A DNA stretch of 64,000 bases from a virus: positions 82,557 to 146,556 of the IMG/VR virus record IMGVR_UViG_3300007511_000004; one strand, 5' to 3'. Every line of letters begins with the position of its first letter. Position 1 is the stretch's first letter. The notes beneath the pieces were generated by a model. The model worked only from the letters and a program-made list of their open reading frames with translations, searched no databases and was not told the origin of the DNA. Positions 1 to 10,068 of the stretch are shown piece by piece. Made by a program: the position numbers and the translations under genes.

Positions 1-184
1 ATACTATTGCAACCCTTTTAAGTGACTGGGGCCTAATTGAAATTTCAACGGGTAATCCTCAGCTCTTAGCCCCATTACGTCAGATCAAGATCCTTTCATT
101 TAAAGAAAAAGATCAATGGGATCTGTGCCCGAAATATAACATAGGCTCGACCCGGTCAGTTAATGCATAGGAAACTTACCAAAA

Positions 185-850
185 ATGGACGACTTTAAAA
201 CCTTTATCCAAGAGGGGGTTAATGACCCCGCTATCTTTAAAGCAGTATTTTTGGCGGGTGGACCGGGATCAGGAAAAAGTTTCATTGTTGGTAGAACCGC
301 CCTCAGCGCGCTGGGATTTAAAGTAATTAACTCTGATGATATATTTGAAATTGCTCTTAAAAAGGCTAATATGAAGCCCGATCCTGAAACGATCTTCTCT
401 CCGAAGGGCCAAGAGATTCGATCTAAAGCAAAAGCGCTTACTGGTAAAAAATTAGAATTAGCCCTTGACGGGAGATTGGGATTGGTCATTGACGGGACTG
501 GTAAGAACTATGATAAGATCAGTAAACAGGCTACCGAACTGAGAAAACTCGGCTATGAAGTCAGTATGATCTTCGTCAATACGACAGAGGAGACCGCAGT
601 CGCTCGCAACCACGAGAGGCCTCGAAGCTTACCGGATGACACCGTTAAAAGAATGTGGAAAGATGTCCAGAAGAATCTAGGTAAATTCCAAAGCTTCTTT
701 CGTAATAAAATGTACGTAGTCGACAATTCCGAAGACGTAAACTGGCAGTCCGCCACACTTAAAGCTTATAAAGAAATCTCTAAATGGGCTAAGACGAAAC
801 CTGCATCTAAAGCAGCTAAAACCTGGATCGCTCACCAAAAGAAGAGCTGA
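185..850 (+). CDS. P-loop kinase (zeta-toxin/AAA_33-like)
   Basis: Walker A GGPGSGKS, INSDD and VIDGT motifs; N-terminus MDDFKTFIQE resembles T4 capsid-targeting sequences. Confidence 0.7.
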   Translation: MDDFKTFIQEGVNDPAIFKAVFLAGGPGSGKSFIVGRTALSALGFKVINSDDIFEIALKKANMKPDPETIFSPKGQEIRSKAKALTGKKLELALDGRLGLVIDGTGKNYDKISKQATELRKLGYEVSMIFVNTTEETAVARNHERPRSLPDDTVKRMWKDVQKNLGKFQSFFRNKMYVVDNSEDVNWQSATLKAYKEISKWAKTKPASKAAKTWIAHQKKS

Positions 851-897
851 TGAATACCAGGTATTCAAAAAAGTGTTAGCTATACCATCTATAATTG

Positions 898-905
898 TAT
901 AAATA
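898..905 (+). promoter_or_regulatory. T4-type late promoter upstream of hsp20
   Basis: TATAAATA exact match in an intergenic region. Confidence 0.7.
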
Positions 906-963
906 AAATGAGTGCGGAATAATCCGGCTCGAAATAATCTTGCTTGATCAAAAGGAGATACAC

Positions 964-1437
964 ATGACAGGCGTACAATCACTATTCCCACGTTCATCTT
1001 TCGTTGGATTTGACCATTTACTCAATGAGTTAGAGTTCACTGCTAAACACGCTCAAGACCATTATCCCCCACATAATATCATTAAAACGGGTGATCAAGA
1101 TTACCTAATTGAAATGGCTGTAGCGGGATTCGCAATGGATGAACTATCTGTTGAAGTTAAGGATCGCACCTTGACCGTAACAGGGGAACATATTTCTAAG
1201 GGTCGGGAATTTATCTATCGTGGTATTTCCACAAAGAAGTTCAAACGTACCTTTAGGCTGTCTGAACACGTAAAAGTAAACGGAGCAGATTTCAAAGACG
1301 GAGTACTGTCAGTAATTCTGAAGTACGAAGTCCCGGAAAATCAGCGTCCTCGTAAAATCGAAATCGGTCATTACGAGGAAATCACACATGACGCATCTAG
1401 TTCTAACACTAAACAACTACTTAACGAGTCCAGTTGA
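964..1437 (+). CDS. hsp20: small heat-shock protein Hsp20/IbpA family
   Basis: VGFD, YPPHNI, IEMAVAGF, YRGIS..KF.RTF.L, DGVL motifs; AGGAG RBS before ATG 964. Confidence 0.92.
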   Translation: MTGVQSLFPRSSFVGFDHLLNELEFTAKHAQDHYPPHNIIKTGDQDYLIEMAVAGFAMDELSVEVKDRTLTVTGEHISKGREFIYRGISTKKFKRTFRLSEHVKVNGADFKDGVLSVILKYEVPENQRPRKIEIGHYEEITHDASSSNTKQLLNESS

Positions 1438-1675
1438 ATACTTTCTATTAAAAGTAAAATCTATTGCTGGGCGGGTTTACGAAGCATTGATTCAAGCGCA
1501 GACTAAAAGAGCGCTTGTAGCTGTTCGCCAAGAATTGGCGAAACATCGAATGTATAAGGAAACCTATGATCAACTATGGAGGCTAAGGGATTCCGAATTG
1601 AAAGATATCGGTATCTCTCGTGGGGAAATCCACGAGATTGCCCTTCAAGCTTTTATAGACGAGAAAAATAGATAA
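1388..1675 (+). CDS. DUF1127 (YjiS-like) small protein
   Basis: C-terminal L..L.DSELKDIGISRGEI motif. Confidence 0.75.
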   Translation: MTHLVLTLNNYLTSPVEYFLLKVKSIAGRVYEALIQAQTKRALVAVRQELAKHRMYKETYDQLWRLRDSELKDIGISRGEIHEIALQAFIDEKNR

Positions 1676-1734
1676 ACTATGGGATGGGGCTCTCAGCCCT
1701 ATCCTATCACACACACAACACATGGAGAAATACG

Positions 1735-1950
1735 ATGCAGGAATATGCAACAAATTTATGGATCAATGCGATCCAAGATACTAAAAAGACTTGGGTTAAT
1801 ACCTGGATTAAAGAGGAAACCATGAACAAACCTCTTAATGAATTCATTGTAGCCCAAACAGAGTTTACTAAAGAAGCTTTCAAACAGACTACTAATTTCG
1901 CGAACGCGGCGGGTGAGGCTTTCTCAAAAATGGTACAAGCCAATGACTAA
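1735..1950 (+). CDS. hypothetical protein
   Basis: GGAG RBS, ORF in operon. Confidence 0.6.
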   Translation: MQEYATNLWINAIQDTKKTWVNTWIKEETMNKPLNEFIVAQTEFTKEAFKQTTNFANAAGEAFSKMVQAND

Positions 1951-2161
1951 GAACCCCTTTGAAATCCGAGCTGATATAGTAGCATTAGCCAAGGAATATA
2001 TGGATGCACAGCAGGACCTAAATCTTCGGCTCATCAATGATCTATATGAGCAAGGGCAGAAATCCGCTGAAGAGGTTGCAAAGGCATATAAAATGTATTC
2101 CATGGAAGACCTTATGGGCAAAGCGAAAGAAATGTACGATTTCGTTTCTAAGAAAGACTAA
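1943..2161 (+). CDS. hypothetical protein
   Basis: ORF overlapping the previous stop (MTKNPFEIR...). Confidence 0.6.
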   Translation: MTKNPFEIRADIVALAKEYMDAQQDLNLRLINDLYEQGQKSAEEVAKAYKMYSMEDLMGKAKEMYDFVSKKD

Positions 2162-2214
2162 GCTGGCTGAAACTACCCCATAAGGGGTAAAAACAGCAGA
2201 CTTATATAATAACG

Positions 2215-2253
2215 AAAAAGGGGGTTTACGCGCCCCCTTTTTTAGTGTATAAT
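2215..2253 (+). terminator. GGGGG/CCCCC hairpin plus T-run, overlapping a TTTACG..TATAAT promoter for gp43
   Basis: aaaaagggggtttacgcgccccctttttt followed by tataat. Confidence 0.6.
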
Positions 2254-2278
2254 ACTCTTAATTAAAGGAGATATTATA

Positions 2279-4738
2279 GTGAGCTTTTACACATCAGTCG
2301 ATGTCTATAATAATCGTGTTGTTTATCGAGGTTATACCGATAACGGAACCCCGGTAAGCTACAAATATAAATTTGAACCGACCCTTTTCCTACCATCGAC
2401 GGAAGAGACCGGGTGGCAATCTCTCGATGGGTATAATGTAAAACCTCGACAGTTTACTTCACCGAGCGATATGCGAAATTGGATAAAAGCCAATGGGGAT
2501 ACTGATGGCTTTAAATATTATGGTTCTGACCGGCCGGTTATGCAGTTTATCCAGGATAAATTTCCAGGAGAGATCAAGTACAAAAAAGAACAGATCAATG
2601 TAGTCAATTTTGATATCGAGGTTTACTCAGAAGATGGCTTCCCGCATGCTGAAGAGGCATTGCATCCCATCACTGCTATCACTGCTAAATCCTCCCGTTC
2701 TAGCGTATACCACGTATGGGGTCTAAAAGATTATTCGGTAGAGGAATCCAAACACAAACAACTTATAATCCAGTATCACAAATGCGAGACCGAGGAGGAA
2801 TTACTCTATAAATTCCTATCGTGGTGGAAAAAGGATTATCCAGATATTGTTACTGGGTGGAATATTCGATTCTTTGATATTCCCTACGTCATTAATCGCA
2901 TTGCCCGGATCGGATCCGAAAAGGCCGCTGAATCTCTTTCTCCATGGGGGGTGGTTCGTCAGAAACAAGTCCAATTTAAAAATCAGAATATGGATTCTTA
3001 TATGATCGTCGGGGTTAACCAGATGGATTATTATGACCTATTCAAGAAGTTTGGTTACAGTTACGGTCCTCAAGAATCCTATCGTTTGGATCATATTGCA
3101 CACGTAGTATTAGGTGAACGCAAATTATCATATGAGGAATATGGTAACCTTCGCAACCTTTATAATGGAAATCATCAGCTTTATATAGACTATAACATCA
3201 AAGATGTGGAGCTTATTGAGCGGATGGATGAGAAGATGGATCTGATCGGGCTTGCGTGCACTTTGGCGTATAAAGCTGGCGTGAATTTCACTGATGTCTT
3301 TGGTACAACCTCTATCTGGGATTCTATTGTATATAGAGAATTGACCCCAAGGCATATCGCAGTACCTGCAATGAAAGCCCGGCACCGCATTGCCAACCAA
3401 TCCGTGGGATTTGCAGGCGGGTATGTCAAAGATGTTAAACCTGATATGTATGAGTGGGTGGTATCATTTGACCTAGCATCTCTGTATCCTAATATCATTG
3501 CTCAATGGAATATGTCACCCGAGACCCTTATAGATCATCCTCGATCTGGTGATAATGTATCTCGTGCCGCAAACGGATCAAGTTATCTTAATGATTTCGA
3601 AGGGGCCTTTCCTCGGATCGTTAAGGCTTACTATGATGAACGCAAAGTCGTTAAGGAGGAAATGCTTGTTGCAATGAAACGCCAACAAGCAGAAGGTACG
3701 ACTAAAGAACTTGAACGTGAGATTTCTACCGCCCAGAATAAACAGATGGCGATTAAGATTCTTATGAACTCGCTTTTCGGAGCAATTGGAAATAAATGGT
3801 ATCGTTATTTCGATCTTAGGATTGCCGAAGGTATTACTTTAACTGGGCAGCATGTTATTAAATGGTGCGAACGCACGGTCAACGATGAGATCAATAAGAT
3901 CTTGGGTACTAATGAAGATTATGTAATAGCAATTGATACCGACTCAGTCTATGTTAATTTCAAACCATTTATTGAAAAGTTCAAACCCGCTGATCCGGTG
4001 AAGTTCTTGGACGAAGTATGCCAAGATCATTTCAATAAGTTATTTGAACGATCAATGGAAGCCCTTTTCGAAGATAGTAATTGCTTCGAGAATCGAATGG
4101 ATATGGACCGAGAGGTTATTGCCGATCGAGGGATTTGGCAGGCGAAGAAACGTTATATCCTGAACGTACACAATTCAGAGGGGGTTCAATATGAAAAGCC
4201 TAAGCTTAAGATTATGGGCATCGAAGCTATTAAATCCTCTACCCCCGAGCATGCCCGGAACTGGATGAAGGAGCTATTCCCGATCCTTATGACGGGTACC
4301 GAGAAGGAGACCCAGGATTATATCCGGGCTTGCAAAGAAAAATTCAAATCCCTTCGACCTGAAGAAGTGGCAGCGCCACGTGGTGTAAGCGATATTAATA
4401 AGTGGCAAAGCCGCGCAGAGATCTATGCAAAAGGTTGTCCTATTCACGTACGTGGTTCTTTACTTTATAATCATATGATATCTGATAAGGGTCTATCGGG
4501 GAAATACGACTACATCAAAAACGGGGAGAAGATTAAATATACATATCTTCGTAAGCCAAATCCTCTTAAGGAAAATGTAATAGCTTTCCCTGATTATCTT
4601 CCACCGGAGTTGGGCCTAGAGAGATACGTCGATTACGATCTACAATTCGACAAGGCGTTTCTTGATCCGGTAAAAGCGATCCTTGATGCGATCGGTTGGA
4701 GAGCCGAAGAAACCGCAACCCTTGAAGCATTTTTCTAG
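2279..4738 (+). CDS. 43: family B DNA polymerase (T4 gp43-like)
   Basis: FDIE exonuclease motif, SFDLASLYP, KILMNSLFG, IDTDS, KKRY, GIEAIKSSTP; C-terminal clamp-binding LEAFF. Confidence 0.97.
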   Translation: MSFYTSVDVYNNRVVYRGYTDNGTPVSYKYKFEPTLFLPSTEETGWQSLDGYNVKPRQFTSPSDMRNWIKANGDTDGFKYYGSDRPVMQFIQDKFPGEIKYKKEQINVVNFDIEVYSEDGFPHAEEALHPITAITAKSSRSSVYHVWGLKDYSVEESKHKQLIIQYHKCETEEELLYKFLSWWKKDYPDIVTGWNIRFFDIPYVINRIARIGSEKAAESLSPWGVVRQKQVQFKNQNMDSYMIVGVNQMDYYDLFKKFGYSYGPQESYRLDHIAHVVLGERKLSYEEYGNLRNLYNGNHQLYIDYNIKDVELIERMDEKMDLIGLACTLAYKAGVNFTDVFGTTSIWDSIVYRELTPRHIAVPAMKARHRIANQSVGFAGGYVKDVKPDMYEWVVSFDLASLYPNIIAQWNMSPETLIDHPRSGDNVSRAANGSSYLNDFEGAFPRIVKAYYDERKVVKEEMLVAMKRQQAEGTTKELEREISTAQNKQMAIKILMNSLFGAIGNKWYRYFDLRIAEGITLTGQHVIKWCERTVNDEINKILGTNEDYVIAIDTDSVYVNFKPFIEKFKPADPVKFLDEVCQDHFNKLFERSMEALFEDSNCFENRMDMDREVIADRGIWQAKKRYILNVHNSEGVQYEKPKLKIMGIEAIKSSTPEHARNWMKELFPILMTGTEKETQDYIRACKEKFKSLRPEEVAAPRGVSDINKWQSRAEIYAKGCPIHVRGSLLYNHMISDKGLSGKYDYIKNGEKIKYTYLRKPNPLKENVIAFPDYLPPELGLERYVDYDLQFDKAFLDPVKAILDAIGWRAEETATLEAFF

Positions 4739-4809
4739 TAGGGGGGTTTCTTTATCTAAGAAAGTATGATATAATATGAACATTCACAATGGGAAGAACG
4801 GAGAATTAT

Positions 4810-5220
4810 ATGTCTGATTGGGCAAATGATATTTATATGATGCACAATAAATTTGGGGTGCGAGAATGGTTTGAGAAAAATAAAGACAATGAAGAATTGA
4901 TGCGAGAATACCTTCAATTTCGAATGTCTATGATTATGGAAGAATTTGTTGAAACCCTGGATGCTATTGAGGCTAAAGACCCCGAAGAAATTGTTGACGG
5001 TCTGATTGATCTATGTGTCTTTGCAATTGGTACCCTGGACGTAATGGGCGTGGATGCGAATATGGCATGGGATCAGATCCATGAAGCCAATATGTCTAAA
5101 TCGCCGGGCGTGAAGCCTGGCCGTCCGAACCCGTTTGGCATGCCGGATCTTCTTAAGCCTGAGGGTTGGGTAGGACCAAGTCATGAGGGAAATCATGGCG
5201 ATCTCGCTCTCGTCGTTTAA
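4810..5220 (+). CDS. MazG/PRA-PH-like nucleotide pyrophosphohydrolase
   Basis: EE..E...A.......EIVDGLID, ANMSK, KPEGW. Confidence 0.75.
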   Translation: MSDWANDIYMMHNKFGVREWFEKNKDNEELMREYLQFRMSMIMEEFVETLDAIEAKDPEEIVDGLIDLCVFAIGTLDVMGVDANMAWDQIHEANMSKSPGVKPGRPNPFGMPDLLKPEGWVGPSHEGNHGDLALVV

Positions 5221-6121
5221 AAATCAATACGACAATAAACCTAAACAAACGGATTTCTCAGATTGGAAACATTTTGAGAGATTCCTCTATGCCCTTGCTG
5301 AAAGACCGCTAGGAGGTAAAAGGGATGCAGAACTTATTTCTCCGGCTGTATATGAGCCTGGAACCAGACGCGCAAATAAAAATGTATTATCTTGGGCAGG
5401 CTGGTGTGCTGTTGATGTTGACGATATTGAACTTGGGGATGACAATGTAAACGATTACGTTGACACCTTGTCCGATTGGCGTTACGTCTGCTATTCTACG
5501 GCTAGCTCTAAAGAAGAACAGCCTAAGTTTAGGATCGTCTTCCAATTAGATCGAGACGTAGTAACTCAAGAGATTAAACATTTCTGGTACGCCCTCCAAT
5601 CGTATTTGGATGAAGCTGGGGATAAACAGTGTAAAGATCTCAGTCGAATGTACTATGTTCCCGCAACGTATGATAGCGCGTTCAACTTCATTTTCAGTGG
5701 TGGTTCGGAGCCATTAGTGGTATCTGATCTACTTAGCAAATATCCGTATGTGGAAAAGAAAAATAGTAATAACTTTATAGATCGACTACCGGAGAAACTT
5801 CAGCGGCAGGTGATCGAACATCGTAAATCGAAGATGGAGGCAACCCAATACAATTGGTCTGGATATACCGATTGTCCATTCTGGCCAACTAAACTTGCTA
5901 ACGAGTATCGAGGGATCACTGGAACTGGTTGGTATCATAAGATGTATCAAATCATGGTAGCGATATCAGCCCGAGCTATTAGTAAGGGATACCCTATAAG
6001 AGCTGATCAGGTTGCAGAATTATGTAAGGAATTCGATCGTGAAAATGGCAATTGGTACGAGTCTCGACCCCTAGAAGTTGAAGCCGATCGCGCGCTCGAG
6101 TACGCATATAAAAACATATAG
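5195..6121 (+). CDS. primase/primase-polymerase-like (AEP-type) protein
   Basis: VDVDD, YSTASS...PKFRIVF.L, D..CKDLSRMYYVP. Confidence 0.6.
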   Translation: MAISLSSFKNQYDNKPKQTDFSDWKHFERFLYALAERPLGGKRDAELISPAVYEPGTRRANKNVLSWAGWCAVDVDDIELGDDNVNDYVDTLSDWRYVCYSTASSKEEQPKFRIVFQLDRDVVTQEIKHFWYALQSYLDEAGDKQCKDLSRMYYVPATYDSAFNFIFSGGSEPLVVSDLLSKYPYVEKKNSNNFIDRLPEKLQRQVIEHRKSKMEATQYNWSGYTDCPFWPTKLANEYRGITGTGWYHKMYQIMVAISARAISKGYPIRADQVAELCKEFDRENGNWYESRPLEVEADRALEYAYKNI

Positions 6122-6181
6122 GGGGTTTACATTTAATTCGAACTATGATATCATAGTTATATCAAATCAGGAGAATATATA

Positions 6182-6736
6182 ATGTGGACTGTAGATGATA
6201 CTGTCGCCTGTGACCGCCGGAGTTTTGAAGGTAAATCCGACGAAGTCAAAGCCTACATTGATGAAGTTGTAGCAAAAGCCGAAGCCATGGGCATGGTTGG
6301 AGATGGACGGTTTGACTTTGAAGTAGTGCACTACGTCAACGACGATTACGACTTGAATGTAAAGTACGAATTTACTCGCACTGAAACTGAAAAGGAAACC
6401 GCTCGTCGTGAAGCTGCTGAAGCAAAAGAAAAGGCTCGTAAGGCTGCTGAACGTAAGAAAGCTAGTGAAAAGCGTAAACCGAAAAACGAAGCTGAATACG
6501 AAGAATTCTTGCGTTTGAAAGCCAAGTTTGAAGGAGCTCACTATGGTATGTGGGCAATTGAAGCAAAAAGATTTGGTCACAATCCCGACTTCTTTTATAT
6601 ATCAGGATTGACTCAGGGTGAGTCTCGTAAACTTCATGCTCAGATGAGTAACTCTGGTGAATGGGCATGTGTTCGAGAGATCTTGAGAGATGTCGTCAAT
6701 GGCAAAGTGACGTGGGAGCGAATAACAAATCAATAG
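6182..6736 (+). CDS. hypothetical early protein
   Basis: follows early promoter at ~6121 and AGGAG RBS. Confidence 0.65.
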   Translation: MWTVDDTVACDRRSFEGKSDEVKAYIDEVVAKAEAMGMVGDGRFDFEVVHYVNDDYDLNVKYEFTRTETEKETARREAAEAKEKARKAAERKKASEKRKPKNEAEYEEFLRLKAKFEGAHYGMWAIEAKRFGHNPDFFYISGLTQGESRKLHAQMSNSGEWACVREILRDVVNGKVTWERITNQ

Positions 6737-6774
6737 CAAAGATCTGCTGACAAAACTAGTAGAGAAGTAGTAAT

Positions 6775-7278
6775 ATGATTTTTAATACTAACAGCCTTTC
6801 AGATGCTGATTGGGTCAAACTGGATAAAGAGATGATCAGTGAAGCCAATCGCATTTATACGAGTCCGAAAGCCCGCCGTGGCAGATCTCCAGAAGAAGTA
6901 TGGGCATGTGTCCGAAAGGGTCGCCCAGCAGAATATTTCTTGAGGAAAACCTTTAACTGGGCTGACGATCCTCGGGGATATCACGATTTACTTAGTCACG
7001 TAGGATTAAGCATAGAAGTAAAATGTTGGGATGAGTGGTGGATATCTCGGAACATAATCCAGCTATCCGAAACGCGCGCGAAGGGCACCTGGTTTAAATC
7101 TGATTGGGTATTCGTATTTACATGTGATGTGAAAAATGAAAAATACACATTATATGATATATACGAATGGAACCCAACACTTGAGACTTTTATTCCCGGC
7201 AAATTTGACTGGCCTGCTGAATATGAAGTTCATGAATCCCTAGAAGCAGACCGCAAATTTTTGGAGGAGATAGAATGA
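6775..7278 (+). CDS. hypothetical protein, possible PD-(D/E)xK nuclease fold
   Basis: HDL.....SIEVK motif. Confidence 0.4.
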   Translation: MIFNTNSLSDADWVKLDKEMISEANRIYTSPKARRGRSPEEVWACVRKGRPAEYFLRKTFNWADDPRGYHDLLSHVGLSIEVKCWDEWWISRNIIQLSETRAKGTWFKSDWVFVFTCDVKNEKYTLYDIYEWNPTLETFIPGKFDWPAEYEVHESLEADRKFLEEIE

Positions 7279-7457
7279 AATATTATTACGGCAAGGTTGT
7301 GGAGGCGGACGACGGTGAGTTAATGATCGAGTTTCCCGACGATCTAATGGAAAAACTGGCATGGGAAGAGGGCACAAGAATTAACTGGACTGATAATGGC
7401 GATGGTACCTGGACAGTCACAGCAGGCCCTGAAGAGGATAAAAAGAATGAAGAATAG
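7275..7457 (+). CDS. AbrB/MazE-like small DNA-binding protein
   Basis: DGELMIEFP..LME.L.W.EG..I.W pattern; GGAGG RBS. Confidence 0.6.
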   Translation: MKYYYGKVVEADDGELMIEFPDDLMEKLAWEEGTRINWTDNGDGTWTVTAGPEEDKKNEE

Positions 7458-7674
7458 AAGAAAGAGGCCTGGACTGATAACTCGTCTTTTCACAGACCTG
7501 TATACCGTAACACTCTACATAGAAGAGGACGGTGTGACAACCCAGACAATTTATAGACTGAAAGAGCTTAAAAAGATTAACTCCCATTATCTAAAGGGCG
7601 TGCTTGAAGATGGAACCGAAATCGAGTTTCGAATGGAGAAATCCTTTGATTATAAGGTGGTGAAACATTACTAA
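7447..7674 (+). CDS. hypothetical protein
   Basis: ORF in operon. Confidence 0.55.
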   Translation: MKNRRKRPGLITRLFTDLYTVTLYIEEDGVTTQTIYRLKELKKINSHYLKGVLEDGTEIEFRMEKSFDYKVVKHY

Positions 7675-8459
7675 TGCGGATTATTGCAGGACCGTGTCAA
7701 CACGAGAGTTTAAGTCAAAGTCTAGATATTGCAAAAGAATGTAAATGGGTATGTGATCAGTATGGCTTTGAATACATCTTCAAGGCCAGCTATGATAAAG
7801 CTAATCGTACACACGTTAACGGCAAACGAGGATTAGGGCTATATCAGACTCTCTATGACTTCAAAGATATGAAAGACGAGATCCCTGACCTAAAGATCCT
7901 TACTGATGTTCATACAAGTGCTGATGTATATGCAATAGCGGATAATATGGAACTGGCGGATGTTGTTGATATTGTACAAATCCCCGCATTCCTATGTCGC
8001 CAAACTGATTTAATCCAAGCCGCCGCAAACCGGTTTAAGATCGTTAATATTAAGAAAGGCCAGTTCCTTGCACCTTGGGATGTACAAGGCATCCTAAGTA
8101 AGACTGAAGCCTATGACATTGAAACCTGGATCACAGAAAGGGGTACCAGCTTTGGATACAACACTCTCGTTAATGACTTTGCAGGCATGCAATATCTTCA
8201 TAATTTGTTGGGCGATAACTTCGTTTACGATGTTACTCATTCAGTCCAGTCACCAGGAGGTAAAGGAGATTCTTCTGGCGGCAACCGTGATTTCGTTGCC
8301 GGTCTTAGCCGTGCAGCTGCTGCTATGGGCATTTCTTCTTTCTTTATAGAAGTTCATCCAGATCCGGACAACGCTCCAAGCGATGGGCCCAATATGATTC
8401 AACTAGATAAATTTCAACAGGTGATTGATGACATCGACCGCTATTCTTATCCCCGCTAG
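7674..8459 (+). CDS. kdsA: KDO-8-phosphate synthase
   Basis: IAGPC, FKASYDKANRT, QIPAFLCRQTDL, NIKKGQF, ERGTSFGY, DVTHSVQ, SDGPN. Confidence 0.95.
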   Translation: MRIIAGPCQHESLSQSLDIAKECKWVCDQYGFEYIFKASYDKANRTHVNGKRGLGLYQTLYDFKDMKDEIPDLKILTDVHTSADVYAIADNMELADVVDIVQIPAFLCRQTDLIQAAANRFKIVNIKKGQFLAPWDVQGILSKTEAYDIETWITERGTSFGYNTLVNDFAGMQYLHNLLGDNFVYDVTHSVQSPGGKGDSSGGNRDFVAGLSRAAAAMGISSFFIEVHPDPDNAPSDGPNMIQLDKFQQVIDDIDRYSYPR

Positions 8460-9117
8460 GATCGGGTCTAAAAGGTTTCCGGGTAAACCTTTAATCCACC
8501 TTGATGGTGTACCTATGATTCGAAGGATCTACGATATTTGTAGCTCTACGGGTCTGCGCACGTATGTTCTTACGGACTCTGAAGAGATCTGTAAGGTTAT
8601 CCCAAATGGCGATGCACTGATGACCGACGGTTATAGCGATCTTCCCCCTCGGAATGGTACTGAGCGCTGCTCAATCGCAGCGGCCCATATAAAAGATCTT
8701 GCCGAGCACGATTATTTTATCAACGTTCAGGGAGATATGCCAGACATAACCCCCGAAATGATCCATAAGGTACGTGCTTTATTGGATCACTATACTGTAT
8801 CAACGTTATATACGGATCTGCCTGAAAATATGAAGGAGGATCCAAATACGGTTAAAATGATAACCAACGGCGACATCGCACATTGGTTCGGTCGAGGGTT
8901 TAAATACGGGCATCACCACTTGGGAATCTATGGGTACCGTAAAACCGCCCTAAAAAGTTACTATCATCGTGCTCCATCTGAATATGAAATTATCGAGGAA
9001 TTGGAACAGCTAAGATGGTTCGAGGGGGGTTTACGGATAGGCGTAGATATGGTACAATTCAATGGTATCGAAATTAATACACCAGAAGACGCGGAAAGGT
9101 GGAACGCTAATGACTGA
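8425..9117 (+). CDS. kdsB: CMP-KDO synthetase
   Basis: IPAR.GSKRFPGKPL, NGTER, NVQGD, HLGIYGYR, E.LEQLR, INTPED. Confidence 0.92.
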   Translation: MMTSTAILIPARIGSKRFPGKPLIHLDGVPMIRRIYDICSSTGLRTYVLTDSEEICKVIPNGDALMTDGYSDLPPRNGTERCSIAAAHIKDLAEHDYFINVQGDMPDITPEMIHKVRALLDHYTVSTLYTDLPENMKEDPNTVKMITNGDIAHWFGRGFKYGHHHLGIYGYRKTALKSYYHRAPSEYEIIEELEQLRWFEGGLRIGVDMVQFNGIEINTPEDAERWNAND

Positions 9118-9154
9118 TAAAGCACTTTGGATGAATAACTGAGGGGGATCTTAA

Positions 9155-9502
9155 ATGAAAGCTGGAAAAGTATGGGGTATGACTGAACTCATTGAAGCCA
9201 ATGGGGCTTTAGAGTTTCACCGTATTGAAATGGATAAGGGCGGGGTTTGTTCAAAACACCTCCATGAGTTTAAGTGGAATGGATTCTACGTCGAGTCTGG
9301 TAAGATGCTTATTCGAGTATGGCAAAAAGATTATGATCTTGTAGATGAAACTATTCTATATCCTGGTGATTATACTAAGGTAAAGCCTGGGGTATACCAC
9401 CAATTCGAATGTCTTGAATCCGGGGTAGCTTATGAGCTGTACTGGGCGGAGTTTTCTCATTCAGATATCAAACGGGAGACGGTTGGGTTTCAACAACACT
9501 AG
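9155..9502 (+). CDS. cupin-fold protein (sugar isomerase-like)
   Basis: K.WG, CSKHLH..K...FYVESG, PGVYHQF. Confidence 0.7.
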   Translation: MKAGKVWGMTELIEANGALEFHRIEMDKGGVCSKHLHEFKWNGFYVESGKMLIRVWQKDYDLVDETILYPGDYTKVKPGVYHQFECLESGVAYELYWAEFSHSDIKRETVGFQQH

Positions 9503-9510
9503 GATCAAAT

Positions 9511-10068
9511 ATGAAAGAGCTAGAACCCGTTGGTATAACCTGTAGCACCTTTGATCTATTACATGCCGGTCACATACTAATGTTGAGAGAAGCAAAAAAT
9601 GTCTGCAATTATCTAATTTGTGGTTTACAAGTAGATCCAAGTTATGATAGAATATATAAGAACCCACCGGTACAGACGTTAGTAGAACGCTACTCTCAAC
9701 TGGCTGCAGTGAGGTATGTTGATGAAATTATTCCATACCAAACCGAGAAGGATTTAATGGATATATTGCAAATGTATCCTATTGATGTACGCATTATCGG
9801 CGACGAATATAAGACCCGAGATTTTACTGGTAAAGAAGAATGTCGTCGTCTAGGCATTGACATTTATTATAATAAAAGGGATCATAGATTTTCATCTTCT
9901 GATCTAAGACAAAGGGTACATGAGAATGAACAGAGTAAGCGGGAGAAATCTCTCCGAGGGGCTCAAAGCGCTAAGGACTTTATTATACAGACAGGGATAC
10001 GAGATTCAGACGGGGAGCTGGCAGGGTACGACCTCTCCGCCTACGTTCCTGGAGATTCTTCACGCTGA
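9511..10068 (+). CDS. cytidylyltransferase (TagD/RfaE-like)
   Basis: TFDLLHAGH, YVDEIIPY, FSSS motifs. Confidence 0.85.
   Translation: MKELEPVGITCSTFDLLHAGHILMLREAKNVCNYLICGLQVDPSYDRIYKNPPVQTLVERYSQLAAVRYVDEIIPYQTEKDLMDILQMYPIDVRIIGDEYKTRDFTGKEECRRLGIDIYYNKRDHRFSSSDLRQRVHENEQSKREKSLRGAQSAKDFIIQTGIRDSDGELAGYDLSAYVPGDSSR

Noticed and set aside
6540-6736. Separate gene from an internal GGAG+ATG in ORF 6182-6736
   Set aside because: It is in frame with no intervening stop, so a fusion cannot be distinguished from chance without homologues.
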